Below are positions 48,438-57,190 of a stretch of 64,000 nucleotides of DNA, piece after piece. Under the pieces are notes generated by a model, which made no database searches, had not been told where the DNA came from, and saw only the letters and a list, made by a program, of their open reading frames with translations. Where the stretch lies: positions 1-64,000 of IMG/VR virus record IMGVR_UViG_3300040801_005040; one strand, written 5' to 3'. Made by a program: the position numbers and the translations under genes. Source of the DNA: a virus. Numbering within the stretch: position 1 is the stretch's first letter; each line of letters starts with the position of its first letter.

Positions 48438-49757
48438 TTAGGAAAGTGTCGGAATAACTACACCATTGGCGCCATTGATAGCTGTGTTGAGATCAGCAAT
48501 CAAAGCGTTTGTTTTAGTGAATGTACCGATATCTTCCTTAACAAAGATAGTAATCTGCTTTTTGGATGCAACTTGCTCATCATCCCTTCCATAATCCCTG
48601 TACTCAAGGCTAACTGCATGGTAGGTAGCATCAAGCTCAGAGTCATAGTGCTCTGGAAAGTTATGAGGATAACCAGCACCACGGAAAGTGTCTTGCCTGT
48701 TACCAAGCAGGTATTCTTCCATGTTGCGTACACTGTATCCATCTCCTTTTGCAGGAGTTCCTCCTGATACGCTGATAACAGGGGAATCCGCAGGAGTTTC
48801 AGCAGTTACAGTAAACAAAAGATTAGTACGGGTTTTCTTGCCAGTTACATAGTAATCAGCCAGCCATCCAGTTTTTTCAGTAATGACTACTTGCCATACT
48901 GAACCATCAACGCCAGGAGTGGTTTGAGCAACAGTTGCAGTTACACCAGATACTCCGTTTGCACTGAAGGCAAGAGCAGCTTCAACCCTTTCAAAGGCAG
49001 AAGTAATTGCTATAGCGTTAGTGGTAGGAACAGCAGTGTAATCAGTGTTTGCGTTAATCCAATCTGAAATTTCAGCTGCGAGGGTAGTAGTAGTACCACC
49101 AGCAGTAACAGGAACAAAATAATCAGTTCCGTTAAGAGTAACTTTTACATTGCCATCTTCAGTTGCAACAGCAGTCATTGTAAGGGTTACAACAGCAGCA
49201 GTACCATCGGTGGTGTTTTTATCAAACTTAAACCAACGATTCTGAGGAAGCCTTACAGTAGTTGCATCTTGTTGAGTAAGCAAGAAGGTACCAGTATCTT
49301 GAGGTTGTTCACGAGACCAGTTACGAGCAAGAGACTTGATAAGACCATCAACTATCTTTTCACTATCGGTGTCAAGAGCCTTGTAAAATGCTTCTTTAAT
49401 GTAAAAGTCTTCCGCTGAAAGACTGCCAACTCCCTGTACTTCAATTGCAATGCGATAAAGTTCACCTGCAACAGGGGTTCCAATAGGAACAGTTACTACT
49501 TTAGGAACTGCAGCTACTGCCTTCTGTGAGCTACCATAGGTAACTTTGGAAGGATCCAATTTATACTGTGTAATTCCACCTTTGAAGTTTTTTACCCCAA
49601 CCATGAATTCCACTCCGTTTGCAGGAGCAGTACCATCTGCACTAAGCACAAAAGCATCACCATTGGTGGCATTTCGCGCTTCACCCATAGTACCATGGTT
49701 TGGATAATCCTTTCCAATTAGGACGTTTCTTACGTAATTTTCACCTATTAAGGCCAT
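48438..49757 (-). CDS. auxiliary capsid/decoration protein with an inserted beta domain
   Basis: 439 aa; LI.SLARN.SRE, G.GY.V..ME.Y..G.R.D.FRG.GYP, SKKQITI motifs; third gene after the major capsid gene. Confidence 0.75.
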   Translation of the reverse strand: MALIGENYVRNVLIGKDYPNHGTMGEARNATNGDAFVLSADGTAPANGVEFMVGVKNFKGGITQYKLDPSKVTYGSSQKAVAAVPKVVTVPIGTPVAGELYRIAIEVQGVGSLSAEDFYIKEAFYKALDTDSEKIVDGLIKSLARNWSREQPQDTGTFLLTQQDATTVRLPQNRWFKFDKNTTDGTAAVVTLTMTAVATEDGNVKVTLNGTDYFVPVTAGGTTTTLAAEISDWINANTDYTAVPTTNAIAITSAFERVEAALAFSANGVSGVTATVAQTTPGVDGSVWQVVITEKTGWLADYYVTGKKTRTNLLFTVTAETPADSPVISVSGGTPAKGDGYSVRNMEEYLLGNRQDTFRGAGYPHNFPEHYDSELDATYHAVSLEYRDYGRDDEQVASKKQITIFVKEDIGTFTKTNALIADLNTAINGANGVVIPTLS

Positions 49758-49773
49758 AATAATAAATATTTAA

Positions 49774-50484
49774 TTAAACGCTTCTTTTATTTAATTCTAC
49801 TTTAGCTTGAAGGGAATTTTCCCTGTAACTTCCAATTGCATGTTCAACTGCCCTATTAAGAATATTCCTGTGCAACTCTGTTGTAAGCTGACATTCTGTT
49901 TGAGAAGTTAAACCCTCTATTGTATAACCAGGATAGTCTACAGATAGGTCAGTTAATATGATAGGCAAAGGTTTTTTAATGTATCTCATTTGATACGAAG
50001 TAGGAGTATATTTAGAAATAATCTCCACTGTTTTAGAACCTCCACCAAGACTTACATCCAACCTCCATGCTTTATTCCTATCAGGTTTTCTAAAAGGGTT
50101 AAGTATGCTCACATTATACTCATCGTGCGTTATGGGCTTAACTGTAATTGTTTCACCATCAAAACATTCACCAGGAGCTGATATGGTAACCCTTTCGTTT
50201 ATAATGTACCAGGTATCTGTTGGTATTACAAAGAACTTTGAATAAGGACTGATTCCAGCAGCATTGGTAGTTGAAACGCTTGTACTATGTGACAAAACTA
50301 TCTGAGCAAGATCCTTTCTTTGGTTCTCACCAAATTCAAACTGTTGATACAACTCCTTTACAATCTCTTCCTGTGCTTTGGTAAGAAAGACTGATTTCTC
50401 AAACTTATTTACTCCTGGCGCACTTTTACTGGCGAGATTATCGTAAAGAATATCGAATTCACTATTGAATTCAGGGTTTGTCAT
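49774..50484 (-). CDS. head-tail ring protein
   Basis: MTN.EF..EFDILYDN..S..APG...EKSVFLTKAQEE, NPFRKP, Y.KKP.PIIL, LH..IL.RAV motifs. Confidence 0.8.
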   Translation of the reverse strand: MTNPEFNSEFDILYDNLASKSAPGVNKFEKSVFLTKAQEEIVKELYQQFEFGENQRKDLAQIVLSHSTSVSTTNAAGISPYSKFFVIPTDTWYIINERVTISAPGECFDGETITVKPITHDEYNVSILNPFRKPDRNKAWRLDVSLGGGSKTVEIISKYTPTSYQMRYIKKPLPIILTDLSVDYPGYTIEGLTSQTECQLTTELHRNILNRAVEHAIGSYRENSLQAKVELNKRSV

Positions 50485-51386
50485 TTTTCAGTAGCGTTTT
50501 CAACTCTTTTTTCAATTGCAAGTCTCATTTCCTGTCCAAAAGGAGAAGAAAGGAACCTACCTGCAGCATGAATATCAGGCTTGTCTGCTTCTTCTTCGCT
50601 TGCTATAGGCTCACCTTCTTTGGTAAAGTAATTACCATTAATCTTATCAACTACTCCAAGACCCCACGCTTCTTCAAGAAGCGCCATAATCTCAAAGTTT
50701 TTGTTTTTAGAAAGATTAAGAACTATTTCCCTTTCTTTTGGTACATTGATTGATTTACCAACTTCAGTCTGTAAGAATGATAGCTTAGCATTCAGGTTAC
50801 TCCTTTTTCCAAGCTGAGACAAAATGAAACGCAAAGCCCTCCTGTCATTGGAGTATTTACTGTAAAAAGTAAATGCTTCTGCCTGTTCAGAGATTTTCTC
50901 TGCATCAGCTTTTTCATCTTCACCTTCTTCTATCAGAACATACCTGTAGCTTTCCCTGGGTTTTACCCGCATATCTTCTAAAGACTTGGCTACAATTTCA
51001 CTATTTAAAAGAACTTTGTAAATGATGTAATCTTCGGGAACATCAAGTTTAAGTATCTTATCTTCTTTTCCGAGGGCTATAGGAAACATTCCTCCCATTT
51101 TATAACCCCTCCAGAAATCTCCATAAATGGAAAGATCCCTTCGTAGTAAGAACTCAAGTCCTTGTTTTTCCTCATCCGTAAGGATGTTTTTCATTTTGTC
51201 ACTTCTGAGCCTTGGAGGACTTATGTAATCATAAGTACCATCCAATTTTCTTCCGTAAGCCACGTGATTAGGGTTAGTAATTTCCTTTGTTGGTTTAGGA
51301 ATGAATTTAACCTTTACCACGCGAGCTTTTAAAAAAGCAGTACTGGGTATCTTCCCGCTTTTTGTAATTGTTTTTGTTTCTTCCAT
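50481..51386 (-). CDS. conserved crAss-like protein downstream of the major capsid gene
   Basis: HVAYG, NILT.EEK..LE, L.L..PEDYI.YKVLL motifs; synteny. Confidence 0.7.
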   Translation of the reverse strand: MEETKTITKSGKIPSTAFLKARVVKVKFIPKPTKEITNPNHVAYGRKLDGTYDYISPPRLRSDKMKNILTDEEKQGLEFLLRRDLSIYGDFWRGYKMGGMFPIALGKEDKILKLDVPEDYIIYKVLLNSEIVAKSLEDMRVKPRESYRYVLIEEGEDEKADAEKISEQAEAFTFYSKYSNDRRALRFILSQLGKRSNLNAKLSFLQTEVGKSINVPKEREIVLNLSKNKNFEIMALLEEAWGLGVVDKINGNYFTKEGEPIASEEEADKPDIHAAGRFLSSPFGQEMRLAIEKRVENATEK

Positions 51387-51407
51387 TTTCTCCTGTTATT
51401 TAGATGA

Positions 51408-51431
51408 TATAGGGCAACTTAATGCCCTATA
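51408..51431 (-). terminator. hairpin after the major capsid gene (weak terminator or mRNA-stabilising stem)
   Basis: TATAGGGCA-TTAAGT-TGCCCTATA, 9-bp stem with a poor U-tail. Confidence 0.55.
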
Positions 51432-51438
51432 CCAGATA

Positions 51439-52947
51439 TTATGCTGCCAACATCTCAGGGATGATTTGAGCAGTACGAGAAGGATCAAATACAACTGTAG
51501 CAAGTTGACAGAACTTGGTTACAATTGCACTATCCTCGTCGTGGGAAGCATTCATGTTGTTTGCCTGTCCAGTAAATGGATTCCTGAAGCCCCAACGATA
51601 GCTGCGGTATTCTGGGCTTCCATTAACTGTTACCTTTTGGATGTTAGGAGTTTCAGGAGTTCCGATATAGAAAATATCATAACGGTAAGACTCAGCTACT
51701 CCACGTCCACCAGGGAAGCGCACTTTATTCCTTTCCCTATCATCGTAGAAATCATCTACTTCAACTTTAACGGTTACACCGTTAGGAGCAAGATATTCTA
51801 CGAATTGGAATCCAGCCTTAAGTGCATTGCTATGCAGTTCAGAGCTAGATTTAGAAATAGTATCGATTTTGTTTGATCCAGGGTTATTAAGGAAAGACTG
51901 CCATCCACTTATAGAAGTAATAACTGCTTTGTGGAATGCATAAGCTCCCCTTTCACCAGTACGGAGCATGAAGGTCCTTTCAGAGAATCCAAGCTTTCCT
52001 TCAGAAAGGCTAAGTAGGATTTCTTCCAGCATTTCAAGGTCAAATTCACCGTCATAGTAGTAGGTGTTTGCCATTTCCATTTGCTCACGAATACCAGATC
52101 CCATACGAATGGCCCATCCAGATTTGTCAATGTTTTGGTATTCACCTTTGTAATCACGGTTAGTCCTACCAAACATGAGCGCACGGTTCTTGTAAGTAGC
52201 AAATTCTTGCTCAACAAGCCAGTCCTCATAAAGTCCAAGAACAGCAAAAGACTTTTTGTTACCTGCTTTATCAAGTACCGGAAGCCCATAAGCAAATTTC
52301 TTATTTTGTGCGTTACCAGCAATTTTGTGAGAGATACGAAGTGTAGAAACATCACCTCGCATGGAGATGGGAGTTACACGCCTTACCCCACCAACGTCAC
52401 GGGAAAGACCCCTTCCAACTGCAGCATATTCAACAGAGAACCTTTTTCCTGCCACAAGCTCTTCTCCAGGAATGGATTCAGCACCCATCATCTCAACAGT
52501 GTATTTCCACTGTCCTGAGCCTACAGGTTTTGGTTCTTTTACAATACGCATTGGATAGAGCTCATTCTTCTCACCAACGATGGTTTCTCCATCAAAGAAC
52601 CACATTTCATTGAAATACAGGTCAAAGGTGGTTCCACCTTCACCAATTCCAAAGTCATTAGCAGTTACTGTAGAACCCTGGTACACAGCCTCCTGCAACT
52701 CAATGTTGCGACGAGAGCTACCAATAAGTTCCCAGTAAAAATCCCTATCATCATCAATGTTGTAAGAGGGAAACTTACTCAACATCGCTTCAAGACTCCT
52801 ACCACGGTGAATTGCCAAAAGCTTAACCATTACGTTATTAATCTTTTGGGGCATCCTTTGGTACATCGCATCCAAAGTATTCTCTGGATTTATCATACCA
52901 GCGATAGCTTCGGAGTCTGTAACTTGGTATCTACCTAATTGTAACAT
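51439..52947 (-). CDS. major capsid protein (HK97 fold, crAss type)
   Basis: 502 aa; W.LIGSSRRNI.L, IVGEKNE.YP.R, G.GIREQ, TGERG...F, AG.QF.EY.APNG, YDD..RNK, AESYR.DI. Confidence 0.92.
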   Translation of the reverse strand: MLQLGRYQVTDSEAIAGMINPENTLDAMYQRMPQKINNVMVKLLAIHRGRSLEAMLSKFPSYNIDDDRDFYWELIGSSRRNIELQEAVYQGSTVTANDFGIGEGGTTFDLYFNEMWFFDGETIVGEKNELYPMRIVKEPKPVGSGQWKYTVEMMGAESIPGEELVAGKRFSVEYAAVGRGLSRDVGGVRRVTPISMRGDVSTLRISHKIAGNAQNKKFAYGLPVLDKAGNKKSFAVLGLYEDWLVEQEFATYKNRALMFGRTNRDYKGEYQNIDKSGWAIRMGSGIREQMEMANTYYYDGEFDLEMLEEILLSLSEGKLGFSERTFMLRTGERGAYAFHKAVITSISGWQSFLNNPGSNKIDTISKSSSELHSNALKAGFQFVEYLAPNGVTVKVEVDDFYDDRERNKVRFPGGRGVAESYRYDIFYIGTPETPNIQKVTVNGSPEYRSYRWGFRNPFTGQANNMNASHDEDSAIVTKFCQLATVVFDPSRTAQIIPEMLAA

Positions 52948-52969
52948 TATCTATTTAAATTTAAACGGT

Positions 52970-54082
52970 TTACACATCTATTTCAAAATCCCCTGTAAGG
53001 AACTTTGATTCATTATCTATTTGCGAGGTGTATGATCCATCCTGGGAGAAAGTAGAAACACTGCTTTTAAGTATTTCGTCAAGTTCTTTCGTTTTTCCAG
53101 TTTCAATGGTGGTATTCAATTTTGAAAAATCAGAAAAACCATCTGTAATCATAAAGAGGTATTCAGTAATCACTTTCATTTTTACAGGATCATCTGTCAA
53201 AGCCTTACCATATTTAGATAACACTTTTCCATCTTTATCCCTTGCAATGGGAGTGGTAATCTGTTTAAACAACTTCTCTTTTTGATTATCGTCAAGTTTA
53301 ATACCGTCAATAACCTCTGTTGTTTTGTCAATGAACTGTTTTAAATCAGTGTTGACTTTTTCCTCCCTTTCCTTGATTTCCTTTTCTTTTTGCTCAAATT
53401 GAACTTTAGTAAAGGATTTGATGTTTTCAATTGCTTTTTTTGCATCTTCAACATCTTCACCAAGATCTACGCTTCTTTTTGCATATCTCTCAGCTTCTTC
53501 TCTTGTGAAATTCCTGTTCAGAAAATCCTGTGCAAGAACTTTAAACCTTAATTCTGAATTATTATCATCAGCCAGAACTTCAGGTGTAATGGAATTGAGT
53601 TGCTGCATAGTCCTTTCGTACTGTACAAACTCATCCTGGGGCACCCCCCTTTCCATTGCTTCTTTATAAGATTTTGTAATCTCATCAAGCCCGTTTGTGA
53701 TTTCAGACTTAATGGCTTCTTGTAAATCAGCAAAGCTTTTAACAGGTTTCTCTGTATTAAGAGAAGACAAAACCCCGGATTTATGCAAATGCGTAGCCAA
53801 GGAAGAATATACTTCTGACAACTTATCATTATCAGAATCAGGAGAAGAAATGCTAGTATCTGCTTTCTTTTCCGGGGACTTTGCCTTTTCTTCTTCTCCA
53901 GCTACGCTCTCTGAAACGTTAGGTTTCTCACTAGAGGTTTTAGGTTGAGGCTGTGAAACCTCAGTTTTTTTAATTTCAGGTTGACTGTTATCATCTGGGA
54001 TAACTATGTCTTCAAATAACGTTTGGTCAGTTCCCTCATCCAGTAGGTTAAGGTCAAGTGACAAATCATCTCCTAATGTCAT
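52970..54082 (-). CDS. putative capsid scaffolding protein
   Basis: Acidic disordered N-terminus, helical remainder, TDGF.DF..L motif; located between portal and major capsid genes. Confidence 0.7.
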   Translation of the reverse strand: MTLGDDLSLDLNLLDEGTDQTLFEDIVIPDDNSQPEIKKTEVSQPQPKTSSEKPNVSESVAGEEEKAKSPEKKADTSISSPDSDNDKLSEVYSSLATHLHKSGVLSSLNTEKPVKSFADLQEAIKSEITNGLDEITKSYKEAMERGVPQDEFVQYERTMQQLNSITPEVLADDNNSELRFKVLAQDFLNRNFTREEAERYAKRSVDLGEDVEDAKKAIENIKSFTKVQFEQKEKEIKEREEKVNTDLKQFIDKTTEVIDGIKLDDNQKEKLFKQITTPIARDKDGKVLSKYGKALTDDPVKMKVITEYLFMITDGFSDFSKLNTTIETGKTKELDEILKSSVSTFSQDGSYTSQIDNESKFLTGDFEIDV

Positions 54083-54114
54083 AATTCAATTTCTTTATAT
54101 TACTTCCTTACTAA

Positions 54115-54145
54115 CAAATCTAACTGGTTTTTAGTTATACGTCAA
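54115..54145 (-). promoter_or_regulatory. Bacteroidota sigma-A-type promoter (-33 TTG, N20, -7 TAGATTTG) for the scaffold/capsid operon
   Basis: Same spacing and AGTTAnATTTGT context as the 22744-22774 site. Confidence 0.7.
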
Positions 54146-54160
54146 TGCTCCACAATATAG

Positions 54161-54769
54161 CTAAAACAGTATAATGTTTCCTCCAAGCCATAATGTACTA
54201 TTGGTGTCATATCCTACTGTACCCCTAAATTTATTTATCCGTATTCCAAGTTCAGGCATAACTATTGGTGTATTATCAAGACCATTATCAGGAATCCCCA
54301 CTTTCATTCCAAAATCAATTGAGAATATGTCTTTAGGTACTTCCATCTCTACTTTCACCTTATCTTTTATCAGAAAGGGCTTAAGCTTATAGCTTGATCT
54401 TAATTCAAGAAGATCACCTCTGGTTTTTGCGTAAACATCAATTGTCTGTACCGTATCTTCAAATGTTTCTTTATACTCTTTAATGGTAGCTAATTCCTTT
54501 ACCATACTATCTTTAGCTATTGAGTCTTTTAAAGAGAGGTATTCCTTGTACCATTTATCTGTAAAATTCTTTTTTGGTTTTGGCAAAGGAGCTGGATTAA
54601 AAACAGGTGTAAAATCATTTTGTAACTGAGGCGCTGTTATTAATACAGGTACTCTTTTTGTAATTACCTCTGGTTTTTCATTACACGCATCAATATATAG
54701 CAGAATGAATATTAATGCTATTAAGTGAGGTAGATAAGTATGGAAAAGATGTTTTGCTATATCCTTCAT
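54161..54769 (-). CDS. membrane-anchored protein with C-terminal amphipathic beta strands (spanin candidate)
   Basis: N-terminal hydrophobic helix ending IDAC; Pro-rich linker; C-terminal strands ending in Phe. Confidence 0.5.
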   Translation of the reverse strand: MKDIAKHLFHTYLPHLIALIFILLYIDACNEKPEVITKRVPVLITAPQLQNDFTPVFNPAPLPKPKKNFTDKWYKEYLSLKDSIAKDSMVKELATIKEYKETFEDTVQTIDVYAKTRGDLLELRSSYKLKPFLIKDKVKVEMEVPKDIFSIDFGMKVGIPDNGLDNTPIVMPELGIRINKFRGTVGYDTNSTLWLGGNIILF

Positions 54770-57189
54770 TTGGAACTACTGGTTGCTGGTTTTCTCGTTT
54801 GAAGAGTTAGTTTTTTATCTTCTCTTTCCATCTTATCATCGTGCATTGCTTTCTGCAGCTTCCTGTCATCATCCTTATCTTTAAGTTGTTCCTTTTTAAA
54901 TTCTAATTCAGCAAGATGTTTTTGATAATCAAGATTGGCTTTTTGAAGCTCTCCCTCTCCAACTGACATATCACTATTCATTAACAGTTCAAGTTCAGCT
55001 ATCCTGCTTCTTTCATCAATGTCATATATATCAACATTGAGTTTCTCTTGTTCGAGGGCAGTTTTCTGTGCGGCAATTTCTTGTTGCACCTTAAGTTGCT
55101 GTTGTTCTGCTTCAGCATTACGTTGCTGAGTTTGCTTTTCGTCTTTTTCAATTAACCTTTGTATTTCAGTTAAACTTGGACTAGTGTAAATTTTCATGAT
55201 TGTGGAAAATGACAGAAGCTGGTTTTGCAATGCTGCCTGAGCAAGCATATCAAGATTTTGCTCAAGGGCTTCTGATTCTACATCATTTGTAATTTCTAAT
55301 CCATATTCATTTTCCTGAAACTCATCGCCATCTATCTCCATGATCTGAGCCGAGTAGTCAGATGCGATGTAAGACAATTTAAGTTTATTGCCCCTCATTG
55401 CAATTTTAGCAGTTTCAAGGAGTAATTCAAGAGCCCTTTTCTTGACATCCTGGTGGGTCTTGAATATCATTTCAGTAACATAGTTGCTTTGACGTATTGC
55501 AGTATCTACGCCACCTACAGTTTCCCTTTTCTCTACGTTTCCAAGACGCTGTTTTGGTACACCCGTAATCTCATCCATCATCTGTTTGGCATACTCCATT
55601 ACCTCTATGTTACGGGCAATATAGTTTCCAATATCAGCGTTGTATATTTTACCAGAGGTATTCCCAACTGCTCCAGCAAGTTTTCCTGTTGATTGTCCTT
55701 TTGTTCCTTCGCGGAATGAATCAATTACAAGAATACCAGCTTTTTTTGCAAAATAGAGTGTCTTGGTAATATCCCATCCTTCCGGGAATTTAGCTTTGTC
55801 AATTTCAAGTACAGGACCAAAGAATTTACTGTATGCTTCCATTAAACGATAGAAAGCACCGTTAAATATGTAATTGAAAGGTTTGGCCCTGTCTAAAAGA
55901 GAAACTGCTTTTTGATCATTTGTATTATAAATTTGTCCTACTACTCCAGGAGTATTATATCCAGGATCCCCTATTTTATTGTATTGAATAGGTCTTGGGC
56001 GCATATCTACGTAAATCTTATCAGCAATTTTAGTTCCTTGCCACCATTGACTTACCCACCTGTGGCCTTCGAGACTTTCACCAAGATTTTCATCAAGTAT
56101 ATAATCTTCATTGCGATATTTAATTTGAGTGTCTCCATCCCTGTCAATCCATTGAATTTTCAGAAGTTTTTTATAACTCCTCCAGAATACCCTTAATACC
56201 CTTACGTTTCCAGAAGTATCAAAATAGTTTGCCTTTGAGCTAAAGTCAGCATAACTATTTTCCATGACAGTAAGATTATCATCAAGGATATTAGTAAGTG
56301 CATTTCTGTATCTCCATCCTTCCCTGTCATCAATGTCTTCCCTGAACATATCACCATCCAGTTCCCTGCCCCCATGTTGCGTAGAAGTCTTTTCAAGAAT
56401 GTAATCTATGTCCTTATCTTCAAGATCTTCATTAAATGTATCAATTATCTTTCCGGGAGACCAATAATCATCTATTACAATAATAGAAGCATCTTCATAC
56501 CTATTGGAAAATCCATGTTGTATAACATAAGTCTTTAATTCATTCAATCTTTCAAATACAGGGTTTCCATGAATTATATCGCAATAATATCCTTCTTCCC
56601 CATTTATTAAAGCGCTTTTAAGACCTTCAGAGAATTTATGTTTTACATTAAGCTCTTTAACAAAATGCTTGAGTAATTCATTTGCCCTTTTTTCCCTGAA
56701 ATCCTGCCATTCAAAAGACACATAATCAGCAAGAGCTTCCATTTCAGCTTTGACTTCATCTTCACTCATGGTATCATCCATAAAGATTTCATCAAGCTTT
56801 TGGCGTATCATATCTCTTTTTTCCCTTTCCATTTTACTAATGGAAGTAGGATTGATAACCCTTACAGTCCAGTCAAATTTCCTGGCTGCTTCTTCTCCTA
56901 CCAGTACGTCAATCCTTGGGGCAATAATAGGGTAATGTTGAATTGCATCAGGGACAAAGAAATTTTCCATGTCATTTGGATTTAACGTAAGCTTCATGTC
57001 ATCCTTATGCAGAATGCCATTGTAAAAATCTACGTTTATTTTCTTTTCCCTTACTCTTTTGCGTATGGTTTCATTGAACATTCTACTGTTGTCATCTGCC
57101 CAGTCAAGATGTTCTTTTCTCCATTTCTTATTTTTAGACCTAAATGATTTTTTCTGATTAGGCCACCTGCGCATTGTTTCTCTGCTCAT
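54766..57189 (-). CDS. portal protein
   Basis: 807 aa; QHYPII.P.IDVLVGEE, W..QWWQGTKI, G....R.G....RETVGGV, C-terminal coiled coil; follows terminase. Confidence 0.92.
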   Translation of the reverse strand: MSRETMRRWPNQKKSFRSKNKKWRKEHLDWADDNSRMFNETIRKRVREKKINVDFYNGILHKDDMKLTLNPNDMENFFVPDAIQHYPIIAPRIDVLVGEEAARKFDWTVRVINPTSISKMEREKRDMIRQKLDEIFMDDTMSEDEVKAEMEALADYVSFEWQDFREKRANELLKHFVKELNVKHKFSEGLKSALINGEEGYYCDIIHGNPVFERLNELKTYVIQHGFSNRYEDASIIVIDDYWSPGKIIDTFNEDLEDKDIDYILEKTSTQHGGRELDGDMFREDIDDREGWRYRNALTNILDDNLTVMENSYADFSSKANYFDTSGNVRVLRVFWRSYKKLLKIQWIDRDGDTQIKYRNEDYILDENLGESLEGHRWVSQWWQGTKIADKIYVDMRPRPIQYNKIGDPGYNTPGVVGQIYNTNDQKAVSLLDRAKPFNYIFNGAFYRLMEAYSKFFGPVLEIDKAKFPEGWDITKTLYFAKKAGILVIDSFREGTKGQSTGKLAGAVGNTSGKIYNADIGNYIARNIEVMEYAKQMMDEITGVPKQRLGNVEKRETVGGVDTAIRQSNYVTEMIFKTHQDVKKRALELLLETAKIAMRGNKLKLSYIASDYSAQIMEIDGDEFQENEYGLEITNDVESEALEQNLDMLAQAALQNQLLSFSTIMKIYTSPSLTEIQRLIEKDEKQTQQRNAEAEQQQLKVQQEIAAQKTALEQEKLNVDIYDIDERSRIAELELLMNSDMSVGEGELQKANLDYQKHLAELEFKKEQLKDKDDDRKLQKAMHDDKMEREDKKLTLQTRKPATSSSK

Positions 57190-57190
57190 C

